Shown: positions 10,349-21,639 of the stretch, in pieces
Layout of the letters: every line of letters starts with the position of its first letter
Position numbering within the stretch: position 1 is the first letter of the stretch
Assembly: GCA_012520575.1 (NCBI GenBank)
Contig: JAAYOB010000018.1
Coordinates: 1,505-65,504, forward strand
DNA length: 64,000 nt
Direction of reading: 5' to 3'
Origin: Candidatus Stramentimicrobium fermentans
GTDB lineage: Bacteria; Atribacterota; Phoenicimicrobiia; Phoenicimicrobiales; Stramentimicrobiaceae
Made by a program: the position numbers and the translations under genes
The notes under the pieces: model-generated
Seen by the model: the letters and a program-made list of their open reading frames with translations, nothing else
Database searches by the model: none
What the model was told of the DNA's origin: nothing

Positions 10349-12055
10349 ATGACATCTTTATCGGTTAGAAATAGTAAACCCATGTCATCTAAAAATAATA
10401 TTTTTTTGGTATGGATATTGATTGTCTTGTTTACCGTAGCTCTTGGCTCTATCAGTTACTATGAGCTGCAGAGAGAAAAGAATTATTTGCTGGAACTGGC
10501 ACATTCAGAAGGTCTCAATATCGCCTTTTCTATTCAGGCCTTAGGTTCTGAATTCATCGTGAATAGAAATGTGTTGACAGAAATTCTCACTCTGTTTCAA
10601 AAAGAGGGTGTTGCTTTCATTGACATTCTGGATCAGAGTGGAGCTGTACGTATGTCTACTGATAGACTCAGGCTGAACGAACAGACTAATATTCAATTTC
10701 CGGGAAAAATTAATTATTTCCAGATCCGGAATCACGATAATAAGAGAACTCTGCAAATTATCAAACCATTTGAATTCAGTGACCGCTTTTCCTCTGATCT
10801 ATTTGGTTTTCTTTTTTTACGCGATAAGTACCTTTCTATTGGCATTAACTTAGAAGGATATTATCAACGTTATAATCAAATTAAACAGAGGGTGATTCTG
10901 AATTATGCTGTTATTCTGATTGTCTTATTGTCGGGCATCTTTATGGCTTTTCGCTTGCAAGAAAACATTATAGTAAAAAGAACACTCCAGAATATGAAAG
11001 ACTATACCGGTAAGCTCCTTGAGACTATGGATAGCGGAGTTTTGTCGGTAGACCAAAAGAATATTATCCGGACTATTAACAGAAAGAGTGAGGAGATATT
11101 TCAGGTAAGAAGAGAAGAAGTCTTAAACCGGAATGCCGAAGAGGTTGTGCCGATTAAGATTGGGGGTAAATCTATTTACGAACTGGGCCTGGTAGAAGGA
11201 AAGAAGATCGAGCAAGAAACTGAAATTATAACCAAAGAAGGTGTTCACAAAATATTGGAAATCAATACCTCTTTTCTGGAGGGAGAAAAGAATCAACCGG
11301 GTGGAATGGTAGTTTTAATCAGGGATATTACTCGGTTGAAAAGATTGTCAGAGGAGATTAACCGTAACAAAAGGCTAGTCTCATTAGGACAGATTGCCAG
11401 CGCTATTGCTCATGAAATAAGGAATCCGCTCAGTTCTATCCGCGGTTTGACTCAATTTCTCTTTCAATCCTGCCCCGATGAGGAGGAGCGAAAAGGTGAT
11501 TTAAAAATAATTATGAAAGAGGTGGACCGTCTCAATCAACTGATTAATCAGGTACTTGATTTTTCCAGGCCAAAAAAATTAAATATTTCCCACTTTTCTC
11601 TCAGTGAAATGATTAAAGATTTAATAAATCTGTTAAAATTAAAAGATAGGGAAAAGGCAGTGCAATTCCAGCTCTCCCTGGAATCTCCGGTACAAAGCAT
11701 CTTTGCCGATCAGGATCAGATAAGACAGGTTCTAATGAATATTATCCTGAATGCCATTCAAGCAGTAGATAGTCAGGGGAAGATTGTTATTGATTTGCAA
11801 CCTTCTTATTATAACGGGAAGGAAGCCGTGCTAATTTCGATTAAAGATAATGGAGCTGGGATAGGGGAGGAGGAGCTAAGCCATATTTTTGACCCCTTCT
11901 TTACTACCGGTGGCCAAGGAACCGGGTTAGGACTTTCCATTGCTTACAACATTATAGAGGCACACCAGGGCAGCATTGCCATCTCCTCAGAACAGGGTCG
12001 GGGAACTGAGGTAAAGATTTTTATTCCGGTAGGTGACGGTAGAAAAAATGAATAG
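10349..12055 (+). CDS. Sensor histidine kinase (TM, PAS, HisKA, HATPase_c)
   Basis: Two N-terminal TM helices; HisKA H-box AHEIRNPL; N/G1/G2 boxes (GTGLGLSIA). Confidence 0.85.
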   Translation: MTSLSVRNSKPMSSKNNIFLVWILIVLFTVALGSISYYELQREKNYLLELAHSEGLNIAFSIQALGSEFIVNRNVLTEILTLFQKEGVAFIDILDQSGAVRMSTDRLRLNEQTNIQFPGKINYFQIRNHDNKRTLQIIKPFEFSDRFSSDLFGFLFLRDKYLSIGINLEGYYQRYNQIKQRVILNYAVILIVLLSGIFMAFRLQENIIVKRTLQNMKDYTGKLLETMDSGVLSVDQKNIIRTINRKSEEIFQVRREEVLNRNAEEVVPIKIGGKSIYELGLVEGKKIEQETEIITKEGVHKILEINTSFLEGEKNQPGGMVVLIRDITRLKRLSEEINRNKRLVSLGQIASAIAHEIRNPLSSIRGLTQFLFQSCPDEEERKGDLKIIMKEVDRLNQLINQVLDFSRPKKLNISHFSLSEMIKDLINLLKLKDREKAVQFQLSLESPVQSIFADQDQIRQVLMNIILNAIQAVDSQGKIVIDLQPSYYNGKEAVLISIKDNGAGIGEEELSHIFDPFFTTGGQGTGLGLSIAYNIIEAHQGSIAISSEQGRGTEVKIFIPVGDGRKNE

Positions 12056-13394
12056 AATTATGATAGTTGACGATGAAAAAAGTATACGAGTTATGCTGAA
12101 GAGAGTGCTGTCAGATAAACAATTTGAAATAGATGAGGCGGCAGACGGCAGGGAAGCCCTGGAAAAAATTAAACAGGGGAAATATAGTGCTATATTACTT
12201 GACCTAAGAATGCCGGAAGTGAATGGTATAGAGGTCATCGAAAAGTTGAAAGAACAGGATATCGATACTCCTATCGTGATGATGTCCGCCTATGGTACCG
12301 TTCCGGAGGCAGTTGAGGCAATGAAATTGGGGGCTTTGGATTATCTGGTTAAACCCTTTGATTTGGATGAACTGAAGCTGATTTTAGAGCGAATTATCCG
12401 CCAAAATGAGATACAAAAGGAAAATATCTACTTCCGTGAAGAAGAAGATAAAAAGTTCAATTTTAAAGAGATAGTAGGCGAGAGCAGCGCAATGAAAAGG
12501 GTTTTAGAAATGGTAAAGAAGGTGGCACACCTGCCCACCACTGTTCTGATTACCGGTGAAAGCGGAACCGGTAAAGAATTGATTGCCCGTGCAATTTATA
12601 AAAATAGTCCTCGTCAGGAAAAACCCTTTGTGGTGGCTAATTGTGTAGCTTTTTCATCTAACCTTCTGGAAAGTGAGCTTTTCGGTCATGAAAAGGGCGC
12701 CTTTACCGGAGCAAATTCCACACGAATAGGACGATTTGAAATTGCCCATAACGGAACTCTCTTTTTGGATGAGATTGGCGAGATTACTTTATCTACTCAG
12801 GCAAAACTGCTGAGGGTAATACAGGAAAAAGAGTTTGAGAGGGTGGGTAGTTCAACCAGCATTAAGGTTGATACCAGAATTGTGGCAGCTACCAATAAAG
12901 ACCTGTTAAAAGAGATAAAGGAAAACAGATTCCGGGAAGATCTTTTTTACCGTATAAATGTTTTTACCATCGACATTCCCCCTTTAAGAGCAAGAATAGA
13001 GGATATTCCTTTATTAGTTCAACATTTTATCAGGAAATACAATCAAATTTTAAATAAACGAATTACCGGTATCTCTCAGGAGGCTATCTCGCTCTTGATG
13101 GATTATACTTTTCCGGGCAATATAAGGGAACTGGAGAATATTATAGAAAGAGCTATGATAATGTGTAACAATACAATTATGGACCGTAATCTATTCTTCT
13201 TTTTAGAGCAAAAAGAGGGGTTTACAGAAGCCGGGACCTTGAAAGAAATGGAAAGGGAGATGATTAAAAAAACACTTATTCTAAATAACGGCAATAGGAC
13301 TAAAACAGCCCAATCCCTAGGCATCAGCAGAAGGAGTCTGCTATTGAAATTAAAAGGATATCATATTGATATAAAACCGGGGAAAGGCAAATAA
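12048..13394 (+). CDS. Sigma-54-dependent response regulator (NtrC/AtoC family: REC, AAA+ sigma-54 interaction, HTH)
   Basis: REC domain (IMIVDDE...D); Walker A GESGTGKE; GAFTGA sigma-54 contact motif; C-terminal Fis-type HTH. Overlaps the kinase gene. Confidence 0.85.
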   Translation: MNRIMIVDDEKSIRVMLKRVLSDKQFEIDEAADGREALEKIKQGKYSAILLDLRMPEVNGIEVIEKLKEQDIDTPIVMMSAYGTVPEAVEAMKLGALDYLVKPFDLDELKLILERIIRQNEIQKENIYFREEEDKKFNFKEIVGESSAMKRVLEMVKKVAHLPTTVLITGESGTGKELIARAIYKNSPRQEKPFVVANCVAFSSNLLESELFGHEKGAFTGANSTRIGRFEIAHNGTLFLDEIGEITLSTQAKLLRVIQEKEFERVGSSTSIKVDTRIVAATNKDLLKEIKENRFREDLFYRINVFTIDIPPLRARIEDIPLLVQHFIRKYNQILNKRITGISQEAISLLMDYTFPGNIRELENIIERAMIMCNNTIMDRNLFFFLEQKEGFTEAGTLKEMEREMIKKTLILNNGNRTKTAQSLGISRRSLLLKLKGYHIDIKPGKGK

Positions 13395-13420
13395 AGGCAT
13401 TAAGTTTAAAGAAGGAGGAC

Positions 13421-14191
13421 ATGCCTATGTTAATGGTTACTGATGTAGGAAATACCCATACAGTTATAGGAATATACCAAGGGGAAGAGCTGAAAAGTCA
13501 TTGGCGTATCTCTACAGATCTCAGAAAAACCGAAGATGAACTTGCCATGCTCTTTAGAAATTTATTGGCTGAGCAAAATCTAAATTTTAGAAATATCGAT
13601 GCCGCTGCTATATCCTGTGTAGTTCCCCCTTTAATCTGGATTTATAACAAGGTATACTATAAATACTGTCAGATTAAACCGCTTATAGTTAACTCTAAAA
13701 TTAATTTGAATATTCAAATAAAGACTGATTATCCGGAAGAAGTGGGAGCCGACAGATTAGTAAATGCAGTAGCGGTGAAAGCGCTTTATGGCGCCCCTGC
13801 CATTATAATTGATTTCGGGACAGCCACTACCTTTTGTGCCCTGGATAAGGCTGGAAACTATATTGGCGGGGCAATAGCACCCGGCTTGGAATTAGCCAGC
13901 AATGCCTTATTTGCAAAAACTGCCAAACTGCCCAAGGTAGAGCTGGTATCCTGTGTACAGGCAATAGGCAGAAATACGGTAGAGGCGCTACAATCGGGTA
14001 TATTTCTGGGTCATTTAGGCCTCATCAGAGAATTAACAGAGCGTTTTAGAGAAGAATTAGGAGGGGAACCATTGGTAATTGCCACCGGTGGATATGCCAA
14101 ATTATTAGGGAAGTGCACCCCCCTGTTCGATAAGATAGACCCCTTACTGTCCTTAGCCGGTTTAAAAATAGCCTATCAGCTGAATAAGTAA
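13421..14191 (+). CDS. coaX: Type III pantothenate kinase
   Basis: N-terminal DVGNTHT motif; about 255 aa as expected for CoaX. Confidence 0.8.
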   Translation: MPMLMVTDVGNTHTVIGIYQGEELKSHWRISTDLRKTEDELAMLFRNLLAEQNLNFRNIDAAAISCVVPPLIWIYNKVYYKYCQIKPLIVNSKINLNIQIKTDYPEEVGADRLVNAVAVKALYGAPAIIIDFGTATTFCALDKAGNYIGGAIAPGLELASNALFAKTAKLPKVELVSCVQAIGRNTVEALQSGIFLGHLGLIRELTERFREELGGEPLVIATGGYAKLLGKCTPLFDKIDPLLSLAGLKIAYQLNK

Positions 14192-14315
14192 ACAATTGGT
14201 TCATTGACATCTAAAATAAATAAAGCTAAGATAATTTAAATTTAAAGTTTTATCAGGTGCTATCTATTAAAATAATGGCCTGAAAAAAGAAAAAAATAGG
14301 GAAAGGAGTTTTTTC

Positions 14316-15782
14316 ATGTGGGAGGATAAATTGATAAAAGAAGATGCTCTGACCTTTGATGACATCCTCTTGGTTCCTCAAAATTCTAAACTAATTCCCA
14401 AAGAAATAGATTTACATACCCCTTTGTCAAGAAATATCAGCCTGAACATACCTCTGGTAAGTGCAGCCATGGACAAAGTAACCGAATCAAACTTAGCTAT
14501 CGCCCTGGCTCGTGAGGGCGGTATCGGCATAATTCATAAAAATATGGCTATACCGGACCAAGCACGAGAGATCGATCGGGTAAAGCGTTCGGAAAGTGGA
14601 ATTATTGCGGAACCCATATCCTTAACAGAGGACAAAAAGGTCAAAGATGCTCTGGAATTAATGAGACATTATCGTATTTCCGGGATTCCAATCATAAATT
14701 ATGAAAAAAAATTGGTAGGTATTCTAACCAATAGGGATATACGATTTTTAGAAGATGAGGAGCTTAGAATTAGCGAGGTAATGACCCCAGCACCATTAAT
14801 TACCGGTAAGTTGGGAACTACATTGGAAGAGGCGAAGAAGGTTTTGCACCAAAACCGTATTGAAAAATTACCATTGGTGGACGAAAACTATGTTTTAAAA
14901 GGGTTGATCACTATTAAGGATATTGAAAAAGTCCGGAAATACCCCAATGCCTGCAAGGATAAAAATGGACGCTTAAGAGTAGGTGCCGCAGTAGGTGTTA
15001 CATCGGATACTATGGAAAGGGTTCAGGCTATCATAGAGGCTCATGGTGATGTAGTGGTAGTAGATACTGCTCATGCTGATTCCGAACGGGTACTGAATAT
15101 TATCAAGGAGATAAAGGACAATTTTGATGTAGAAGTAATTGGTGGAAATGTAGCGACCTATGACGGTGCCAGAAGATTGATAGCAGCGGGAGTGGATGCG
15201 GTGAAAGTAGGGATAGGGCCCGGTTCTATCTGTACCACCAGAGTAGTAACCGGTGTGGGAGTTCCGCAAGCTTATGCTATTAGAGAGTGTGCCAAAGCCT
15301 GTCAGGAAAATAATATTCCTCTTATAGCAGATGGGGGTATTCGTTACTCCGGTGATATTTGTAAAGCCTTAGCTATCGGCGCTGACTCAGTAATGATTGG
15401 CAGTCTCTTTGCCGGTACTGAGGAAAGTCCCGGAGAAGTCGTATTATATAAGGGAAGAAGCTATAAAGAGTATCGGGGAATGGGCTCCATCGGAGCTATG
15501 AAAGAGGGCAGTAAAGACCGTTATTTCCAGGAAGAGGATGAAATATCTAAATTGGTTCCGGAAGGAATTGAGGGGAGAGTACCCTATAAGGGCTCATTGG
15601 CTAATGGAGTGTATCAATTGATGGGGGGATTAAGAGCGGGAATGTCTTACTGCGGTGCAGCAAATATAAGAGAACTGCAAGATAAGAGCCGATTAGTCAA
15701 GATTACTAGTGCCTCTTTAAAAGAAGGTCATCCCCATGATATTATTATTACTAAAGAAGCCCCCAATTATGAGGTTGAATAG
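14316..15782 (+). CDS. guaB: IMP dehydrogenase
   Basis: [11 protein letters not shown] catalytic loop, tandem CBS domains, 488 aa. Confidence 0.9.
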   Translation: MWEDKLIKEDALTFDDILLVPQNSKLIPKEIDLHTPLSRNISLNIPLVSAAMDKVTESNLAIALAREGGIGIIHKNMAIPDQAREIDRVKRSESGIIAEPISLTEDKKVKDALELMRHYRISGIPIINYEKKLVGILTNRDIRFLEDEELRISEVMTPAPLITGKLGTTLEEAKKVLHQNRIEKLPLVDENYVLKGLITIKDIEKVRKYPNACKDKNGRLRVGAAVGVTSDTMERVQAIIEAHGDVVVVDTAHADSERVLNIIKEIKDNFDVEVIGGNVATYDGARRLIAAGVDAVKVGIGPGSICTTRVVTGVGVPQAYAIRECAKACQENNIPLIADGGIRYSGDICKALAIGADSVMIGSLFAGTEESPGEVVLYKGRSYKEYRGMGSIGAMKEGSKDRYFQEEDEISKLVPEGIEGRVPYKGSLANGVYQLMGGLRAGMSYCGAANIRELQDKSRLVKITSASLKEGHPHDIIITKEAPNYEVE

Positions 15783-15827
15783 AATCAGCTATTTTTGAAG
15801 AAATTGATTGCCTAATCTATCATTAAT

Positions 15828-16823
15828 TTGTATAAAGCAAAATTATCAGGAAGCAGTCTGTTTATGAGAAATAATATAGTATGTGATGCCCACTGTGACA
15901 CTGTATTAGCTCTTAATAGGGGTGATAGGAAGATTGAAGAGCTATCTTCTCAGGGGCACCTTGACATTCCCCGTTTAAAAAAGGGCATGGTTGATGTACA
16001 AGTATTTGCAGTCTATATCGAGCAACAGTATAAGCCGAAACGTTCTTTACACCGTGCGCTGCAACTAATCGATTGTCTGTTGACCGAATTAGAGAAAAAC
16101 TATGATAGCATTGAACCTGCTTACGTCTTTGGTGATATAGAAAGAATAACCTCTCAAAATAAAATTGCAGTTATCCTGGCAATTGAGGGCGGAGAAGCCA
16201 TAGAAGGAAAGCTCTATAATTTACGAATCTTCCACCGTCTGGGAGTTCGCCTGATAACCCTTACTTGGAATCAACGCAATGATATAGCCGATGGAAGTTC
16301 TCATCCAAATTCTAAAAGAGGATTAACGACCTTTGGTAGGAAGGTGGTTAAGGAGATGAATCGTCTGGGGATGTTGATAGATGTCTCCCATCTTTCTGAA
16401 TCAGGCTTTTGGGATGTCATAAAGACCACCTCTCAGCCCATTATCGCTTCCCACTCTAACAGTTATACACTTTGTCCCCACCGCCGCAACTTAAAGGATG
16501 AGCAGGTCAAAGCTATAGCCGAAAATGGCGGTATGATTGGGGTAACCTATGTTCCGGATTTTTTAACTGCCGAAAAACGGAAGGCTGCCATAGATGATGT
16601 AATAAACCACATTGATTATCTGGTAAAACTGGCAGGTATTGATTTTGTGGGTTTAGGTTCAGATTTTGACGGTTGTGAGGAACTGCCTGTAGGATTGGAA
16701 GGGGCAGATAAAGTCTATAAAATTGGAGAAAAATTGGCTCAGAAAGGTTATACCGAAAGTGATATTGATAAGATCATGGGCAAAAATTTTCTCCGTTTAT
16801 TTCAACAGGTTATTAATCCTTAA
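15828..16823 (+). CDS. Membrane dipeptidase (peptidase M19 family)
   Basis: CDAHCD zinc-binding N-terminus and DVSHLSE motif. True start may be the ATG at 15864. Confidence 0.75.
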   Translation: MYKAKLSGSSLFMRNNIVCDAHCDTVLALNRGDRKIEELSSQGHLDIPRLKKGMVDVQVFAVYIEQQYKPKRSLHRALQLIDCLLTELEKNYDSIEPAYVFGDIERITSQNKIAVILAIEGGEAIEGKLYNLRIFHRLGVRLITLTWNQRNDIADGSSHPNSKRGLTTFGRKVVKEMNRLGMLIDVSHLSESGFWDVIKTTSQPIIASHSNSYTLCPHRRNLKDEQVKAIAENGGMIGVTYVPDFLTAEKRKAAIDDVINHIDYLVKLAGIDFVGLGSDFDGCEELPVGLEGADKVYKIGEKLAQKGYTESDIDKIMGKNFLRLFQQVINP

Positions 16824-16867
16824 TAACTTTTAATATTGAAGACATATTCAGAAAAGGATAAAAAAAG

Positions 16868-17389
16868 ATGAATAATTCTATACGTAATATTACTTTAGTC
16901 GGTTTATTAGTGGCTATGAGTATAGTATTGTCTCGGGTGGCGAGTATTAGAATTCCCTTTGCCGGAGTTGAGGGCGTTCGGATTGGTTTCGGTAAACTGC
17001 CGATTTTTCTGGCGAGTCTTATGTTGGGGCCGCTCTATGGCGGATTGGTTGGGGCAGTAGCTGATTTTCTGGGTTATATTATTCAACCCATTGGTCCTTA
17101 TGTACCGCACTTTACCATTATCTCGGCTCTATGCGGGGTTATTCCCATCATGGTATTACGTATTATAAAAGGGAAAGAAGATCATATTATAAATATTACT
17201 ATATCGGTAGGTATTGCTGTTATAGTCACTGAACTGTTCTTAATTCCCTACAGTTTAAACCTTATTTTCGGTATTCCCTGGCCAGTTCTTGTTGTTCCGC
17301 GCTTAATTAGCGTACCGCTTACCATTGCGATTTATTCTTATCTCATTCATGTTTTTATTCGACGCAAAGTGTTACAGATCGTTCATTAA
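16868..17389 (+). CDS. ECF transporter S (substrate-capture) component, folate-type
   Basis: 173 aa six-TM protein with the ECF S-component N-terminus (NITLVGLLVAMSIVLSRV...). Confidence 0.55.
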   Translation: MNNSIRNITLVGLLVAMSIVLSRVASIRIPFAGVEGVRIGFGKLPIFLASLMLGPLYGGLVGAVADFLGYIIQPIGPYVPHFTIISALCGVIPIMVLRIIKGKEDHIINITISVGIAVIVTELFLIPYSLNLIFGIPWPVLVVPRLISVPLTIAIYSYLIHVFIRRKVLQIVH

Positions 17390-17480
17390 CAGGAATAGTA
17401 GATAGATAAATTTGCCGGATTTTTTTTATCGCCCAAGTCCTTTAGTTTAACAAAAAGATTTGCCTTTGACTTTGTATAAC

Positions 17481-17525
17481 AAATAAAATAATTCCACGCC
17501 GAGTAGGGTGTGGAATTATTTTAAT
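17481..17525. terminator. Bidirectional rho-independent terminator between convergent genes
   Basis: aattccacgcc...ggtgtggaatt hairpin flanked by an A-run on one side and a T-run on the other; sits between the + gene ending at 17389 and the - gene ending at 17563. Confidence 0.6.
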
Positions 17526-17562
17526 AAACACTTTATAGAATAAAATAAAAAATTATACTCGT

Positions 17563-17880
17563 TTAAGCACGAGTAGACTCTTTCTCCAGTTTCCCTTGTG
17601 GGGTCTTGCCATCTCCATTGCCATTGGAACCGTCAACTATTTTATCTTTTTTATCGGACTTGCTAAGGCTGCTGCCCGTCTTTTCTTTAGGTGTGCTGCT
17701 CTTTCGGTTATCGGTACTATAATAGCCGCTTCCTTTTAAAATAAAGTTACAATTTTTACTGATTAAACGAAATACTTCTCCCTCACATTTTGGGCAAACT
17801 TTCAATGGTTCTTCAGTGATAGATTGAAATTTTTCAAATTCATAACCGCATTTTTTACATTTATATTCATAAGTTGGCAT
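17563..17880 (-). CDS. FmdB-family zinc-ribbon protein with low-complexity Ser/Lys/Gly-rich tail
   Basis: [16 protein letters not shown]...CPKCEG: two CxxC pairs, the FmdB family signature. Confidence 0.75.
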   Translation of the reverse strand: MPTYEYKCKKCGYEFEKFQSITEEPLKVCPKCEGEVFRLISKNCNFILKGSGYYSTDNRKSSTPKEKTGSSLSKSDKKDKIVDGSNGNGDGKTPQGKLEKESTRA

Positions 17881-18234
17881 ATTTTTTCAGCTCCTTAACT
17901 AATCATACAATTAGAAACATTATGCCATTTCACCTAAAAAGTCAAGTACTTTTTACCGACGTAATTATAGCGGCAAGGGTAGGTAGTTTACAGTAAATTT
18001 TTTGAGGAAAATAATTCAGAGTGTTTCACCCAAGCATCTTGGCAAAAAAATTAGGTAGAAATGGGATTATGATGTTACCCTCGATAAAGCTGACAGAAAA
18101 TTTGTTTTGCCATTTTTAATTCGAACAAAAATAGACTATTTGTTATAGAAACCAATTATTACAGCGATGGTGGTTCTGAGTTAAGCCACAGTCTGTGTCA
18201 TCTCTGTTAGAATATTGGTACTTACAGGATACAT

Positions 18235-18258
18235 CAGGGGCCCCTGGGCAGGTTTTTT
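18235..18258 (+). terminator. GC-rich perfect palindrome (CAGGGGCCCCTG) followed by TTTTTT; terminator-like element
   Basis: 12-nt perfect dyad, then GGCAGG, then a T-run. The spacer before the T-run makes it non-canonical. Confidence 0.35.
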
Positions 18259-18470
18259 AAGAAAATTATTCCAATTGGAGATTGTGTAATTAAATATAAA
18301 TTATTTAAATAAAATAGATTTTTGCTATAAACTAAGTAAAATAAGGATATCTTGTACGCATTTAAACCAACTCTTTCCTAACCAGTAGGGCAGGTCTACC
18401 TGAAACTATTATAATTTTGTAAGAAAAAAGCACCTACAAAAATTTAACATAGACAAAACAATTCGCGAAC

Positions 18471-18499
18471 TTGACAAATAGCAAGCACTTTGTTATTAT
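18471..18499 (+). promoter_or_regulatory. Sigma-70 type promoter (TTGACA, 17 nt spacer, TATTAT)
   Basis: Consensus -35 with ideal 17-nt spacer and a near-consensus -10, about 70 nt upstream of the dapA start. Confidence 0.6.
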
Positions 18500-18566
18500 T
18501 TGCGCATTTAGGTGTTTATTTAAATAGAATCAATAAAATAAGAATAAGATAGGGAGGAAGTCTATA

Positions 18567-19451
18567 ATGTTTAGGAAATTTAAAGGAATAATTACTGCTC
18601 TAGTTACACCATTAAGAGAAAACGGGCAAGTAGACATAGACCAATTTGTAAGGTTAATTAATATTCAAATCAAAGCTGGAATAGGCGGGTTGCTTATTTT
18701 GGGTGGCACGGGTGAATATACCGCTCTTTCAACAGAAGTAAGAAAAAAAGTAGCCGAAATAGCAGTTAATGAGGTTAATGGAAGAATCCCTGTTATAATT
18801 GGAAACCTGGAACCAGGTATAGGCGAAAGTATAAAGTTTTGCCGGCACATTAAAGAAGTTGGCGCAGATGCAGCTCTGGTGTTGACACCATTCTATGTTC
18901 ATCCAAGCCAACAGGGAATTATAGATTTCTACCAGAAAATTGCAACTGAAGTTGATATGCCAATTATGATTTATGATATACCATATAGAACTTCCGTATC
19001 GGTTAAACCAGAAACTTATGAGAAGTTGGCTGTAGTAAAAAATATAGTAGGCTTGAAAGATTGCTCTACCTCATTGGGGCAAGCAATTGAGCTGATAGAT
19101 AAAGTGGGAGACAAAATCGCAGTTTTAAATGGTGAAGATTATATAGCTGTTTATTCTTTTATCATGGGTTCACCAGGAGCCATAGTTGCCAGTTCAAACC
19201 TCATTCCCAAAGAATGGGTTAAAATATATAACCTGACACAAGAAAAAAAATATGATGAGGCAGTAAATCTACACAAAAAATACTACTACTTAATGAAAGG
19301 GATATTTACCGAGGTAAATCCAGGCCCATTAAAATATGCCATGAATCGTTGTGGATTATTCTGTGGCAAACCTAGTATTCCTCTTCTTGAACCGACCAGT
19401 GAAACAAAAGAATTAATAGATAATCTATTAGCGAAGTATAATTTATTATAA
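18567..19451 (+). CDS. dapA: 4-hydroxy-tetrahydrodipicolinate synthase family (DapA/NAL-type class I aldolase)
   Basis: GIITALVTPL N-terminus, GTGE motif, 294 aa TIM-barrel aldolase signature. Confidence 0.75.
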   Translation: MFRKFKGIITALVTPLRENGQVDIDQFVRLINIQIKAGIGGLLILGGTGEYTALSTEVRKKVAEIAVNEVNGRIPVIIGNLEPGIGESIKFCRHIKEVGADAALVLTPFYVHPSQQGIIDFYQKIATEVDMPIMIYDIPYRTSVSVKPETYEKLAVVKNIVGLKDCSTSLGQAIELIDKVGDKIAVLNGEDYIAVYSFIMGSPGAIVASSNLIPKEWVKIYNLTQEKKYDEAVNLHKKYYYLMKGIFTEVNPGPLKYAMNRCGLFCGKPSIPLLEPTSETKELIDNLLAKYNLL

Positions 19452-19564
19452 TTGTATTTTAAAAAATTTTTACATGGATCTTAGCAAGATAATACTTGAT
19501 CTATGGCAATCAAAGAAGTTTTTAATGTTTTAAATAGCTCAGAGTGTGGGTAGATGGAGCATCT

Positions 19565-20000
19565 TGCGTATATGGTGATTACCATTCTTGTTTATCTTCT
19601 ACTACCTCTTACCGATTTACCGGACTCTTTATAGACAACAGAGCCTGCCCTACTATATTTCTCGAATCTATTAGCACCTTGATAATAATGGAATGGAGTA
19701 AGAATGTTCGATCCCACCTTCCCACCTATGGTAGTAATGGTTGTAAGTCTTTTGAAGTATTTGTGTAAAATGGTATGCTCTTCTATATAGCCTTTAATCT
19801 TAAAAAAGAATTCATTTCCATTCTTGTTTCCTTCGGAGTTCTTGCTTTAGTAGTTTCTGTATACTTTTTTGGTGATACTATTTAAGTAATTGGAAATAGA
19901 TGTTCTTAAGGTATATTTAATCCGTTTCACTTCCGTTACCGTCCAGGATTTACGAAGGGCGGCCCCGTGTTTAGTTTTAAACTCATCAGCTCTTGTGGTT
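19565..20000 (-). pseudogene. Decayed ORF fragments (minus strand) related to the remnant at 21640-22294; possible transposase-like gene remnant
   Basis: Frame-broken translations (...FKIKGYIEEHTILHKYFKRL..., ...NRFEKYSRAGS...) align weakly with the N-terminus of the 22019-22294 ORF (...KVNRKDYDTLLVNHLKRL..., ...NGQKYSLDGT...). No intact ORF. Confidence 0.35.
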
Positions 20001-20470
20001 CGTCTAATTTAACCGATCTTCTCTGTTTCAAATTCTTCTGTTATCAGGATAACAGAATTGAGTAAGAGGGCAATTTTATTTGTATAGCATAAACCATTTA
20101 ACAAAAAATTTCTCTATAATATTCTACATGGATAGTTGTGATATTAAAGATAAAAATGCTATGTGAGAGTAAAAACACTTTCAGTCGTCACTATGCTATT
20201 CAATAATTAGCTAGAATATAATAAATGATTAACTTAACATAAAGTAAAGGATTACTTTGTTATTTCATAGAGACTTTTCTTGTTTATTATGCTGAATTTA
20301 TAAAAATCAAGAATTACTTATAGAACATATACTTACATATTTTTTCGAATTATTAAAATTTGAAATAAAAGGAGGTAGATATTTGCAAAATAACATTAAA
20401 ATAGAAAAACATTAAGGTTATGTAAACTATTCTAAATTGATAAATAGTAATAATTAAGGAGATATGTAAA

Positions 20471-21544
20471 ATGACTAAAATTATGAAAAAAAGTTTGATT
20501 ACTGTAGTATTGTTATTTTTTGCAATCACATTATTTCCAACAATAATCTTTTCAGCAGATCAACCAAGTGTAGTGATTAAGTTTAGTCAGTGGGACGGGG
20601 AAGTAGGGATGTTGGAAAATATTTATCCAGCATATGTGCAAACATTTAAATCTTTGGTGGAAAGTAAATCGAATGGGAAAATTACTATACAGGTATTTCC
20701 AAATCAACAATTAGGTAGTTTACCGTCGACGCTAGAACAAGTTTATAAAGGAACCATTGAAATGACTTCTGGGCAGAATACAGGTTTATTTGCTAGTTAT
20801 TATCCAGATATAGCAGTTTTTGATATTCCCTTTGCATTTAGAGATCTTTTGGTTGCTTTTGAAGTTGCTAAAGGTGAGTTTGGAATAAACATGAAAAAGA
20901 ATATTGTCGAAGAAACTGGTATAAGAATTTTATCATTTCTCCCAACCAGTTATAGAAATTTTGGCAATAATATAAGATTGATTAAAGAACCTAATGACTT
21001 AAAAGGAATGAAAATTAGAGTAATGCAGGGAGACATATACATGGAATTGATGAAAGTATTAGGAGCTAATCCTGTTGTAATAGATGCAGCAGAATTGTAC
21101 ACGGCTATTCAAACTGGAGTTGCCGACGGTCAAGAAAATTCACCATATAATATTTTAGGTATGAAACTTGAAGAAGTAATAGACTATTATACTCTATCTG
21201 CTCATCTTCTCAATATAGCAGCGGTTTCAATAAATGAAAAATTTTTTCAGTCATTACCAAAAGAATATCAAAAAATAGTATTAGATTCTGCGAGAATAGC
21301 CGAGATAAGTATGATAGGTACTGCAATCGCAAAAGAAAAAAATATTGATTTGAAAGCAATTAAAAAAGCGGGAGTTGAAATTTACCAGCCGAATGAAGAA
21401 GAAATTTTAAAATTTAAAGAATTAGCCCAGGAGCCAATCAAAAAACTATTAGTCGAAAAGATGAGAGTTAATCCCGCAACTATAGATGAAATGTTTCAAG
21501 CTATACAAGAAGCAGAATATAAGCTTGATACACTATGGTACTAA
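20471..21544 (+). CDS. dctP: TRAP transporter substrate-binding protein (DctP family)
   Basis: Signal peptide, 357 aa, DctP-type architecture; followed by DctQ/DctM-type membrane genes. Confidence 0.75.
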   Translation: MTKIMKKSLITVVLLFFAITLFPTIIFSADQPSVVIKFSQWDGEVGMLENIYPAYVQTFKSLVESKSNGKITIQVFPNQQLGSLPSTLEQVYKGTIEMTSGQNTGLFASYYPDIAVFDIPFAFRDLLVAFEVAKGEFGINMKKNIVEETGIRILSFLPTSYRNFGNNIRLIKEPNDLKGMKIRVMQGDIYMELMKVLGANPVVIDAAELYTAIQTGVADGQENSPYNILGMKLEEVIDYYTLSAHLLNIAAVSINEKFFQSLPKEYQKIVLDSARIAEISMIGTAIAKEKNIDLKAIKKAGVEIYQPNEEEILKFKELAQEPIKKLLVEKMRVNPATIDEMFQAIQEAEYKLDTLWY

Positions 21545-21639
21545 TAGCAAATGTTAATAAAGGGCTTACTGAAAAATGGGCTACATATAAGGTATTCTAA
21601 CCAATACATCTAAAGATATGCTAGAATATCCTAGGCAAA

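Noticed and set aside
16824-16867. THF riboswitch upstream of the folate-type ECF S-component
   Set aside because: Intergenic gap is only 44 nt, too short for any riboswitch.
18235-18246. CAGGGGCCCCTG palindrome as a restriction-modification target or protein binding site
   Set aside because: Single occurrence followed by a T-run. More parsimoniously a terminator-like hairpin, and recorded as such at low confidence.
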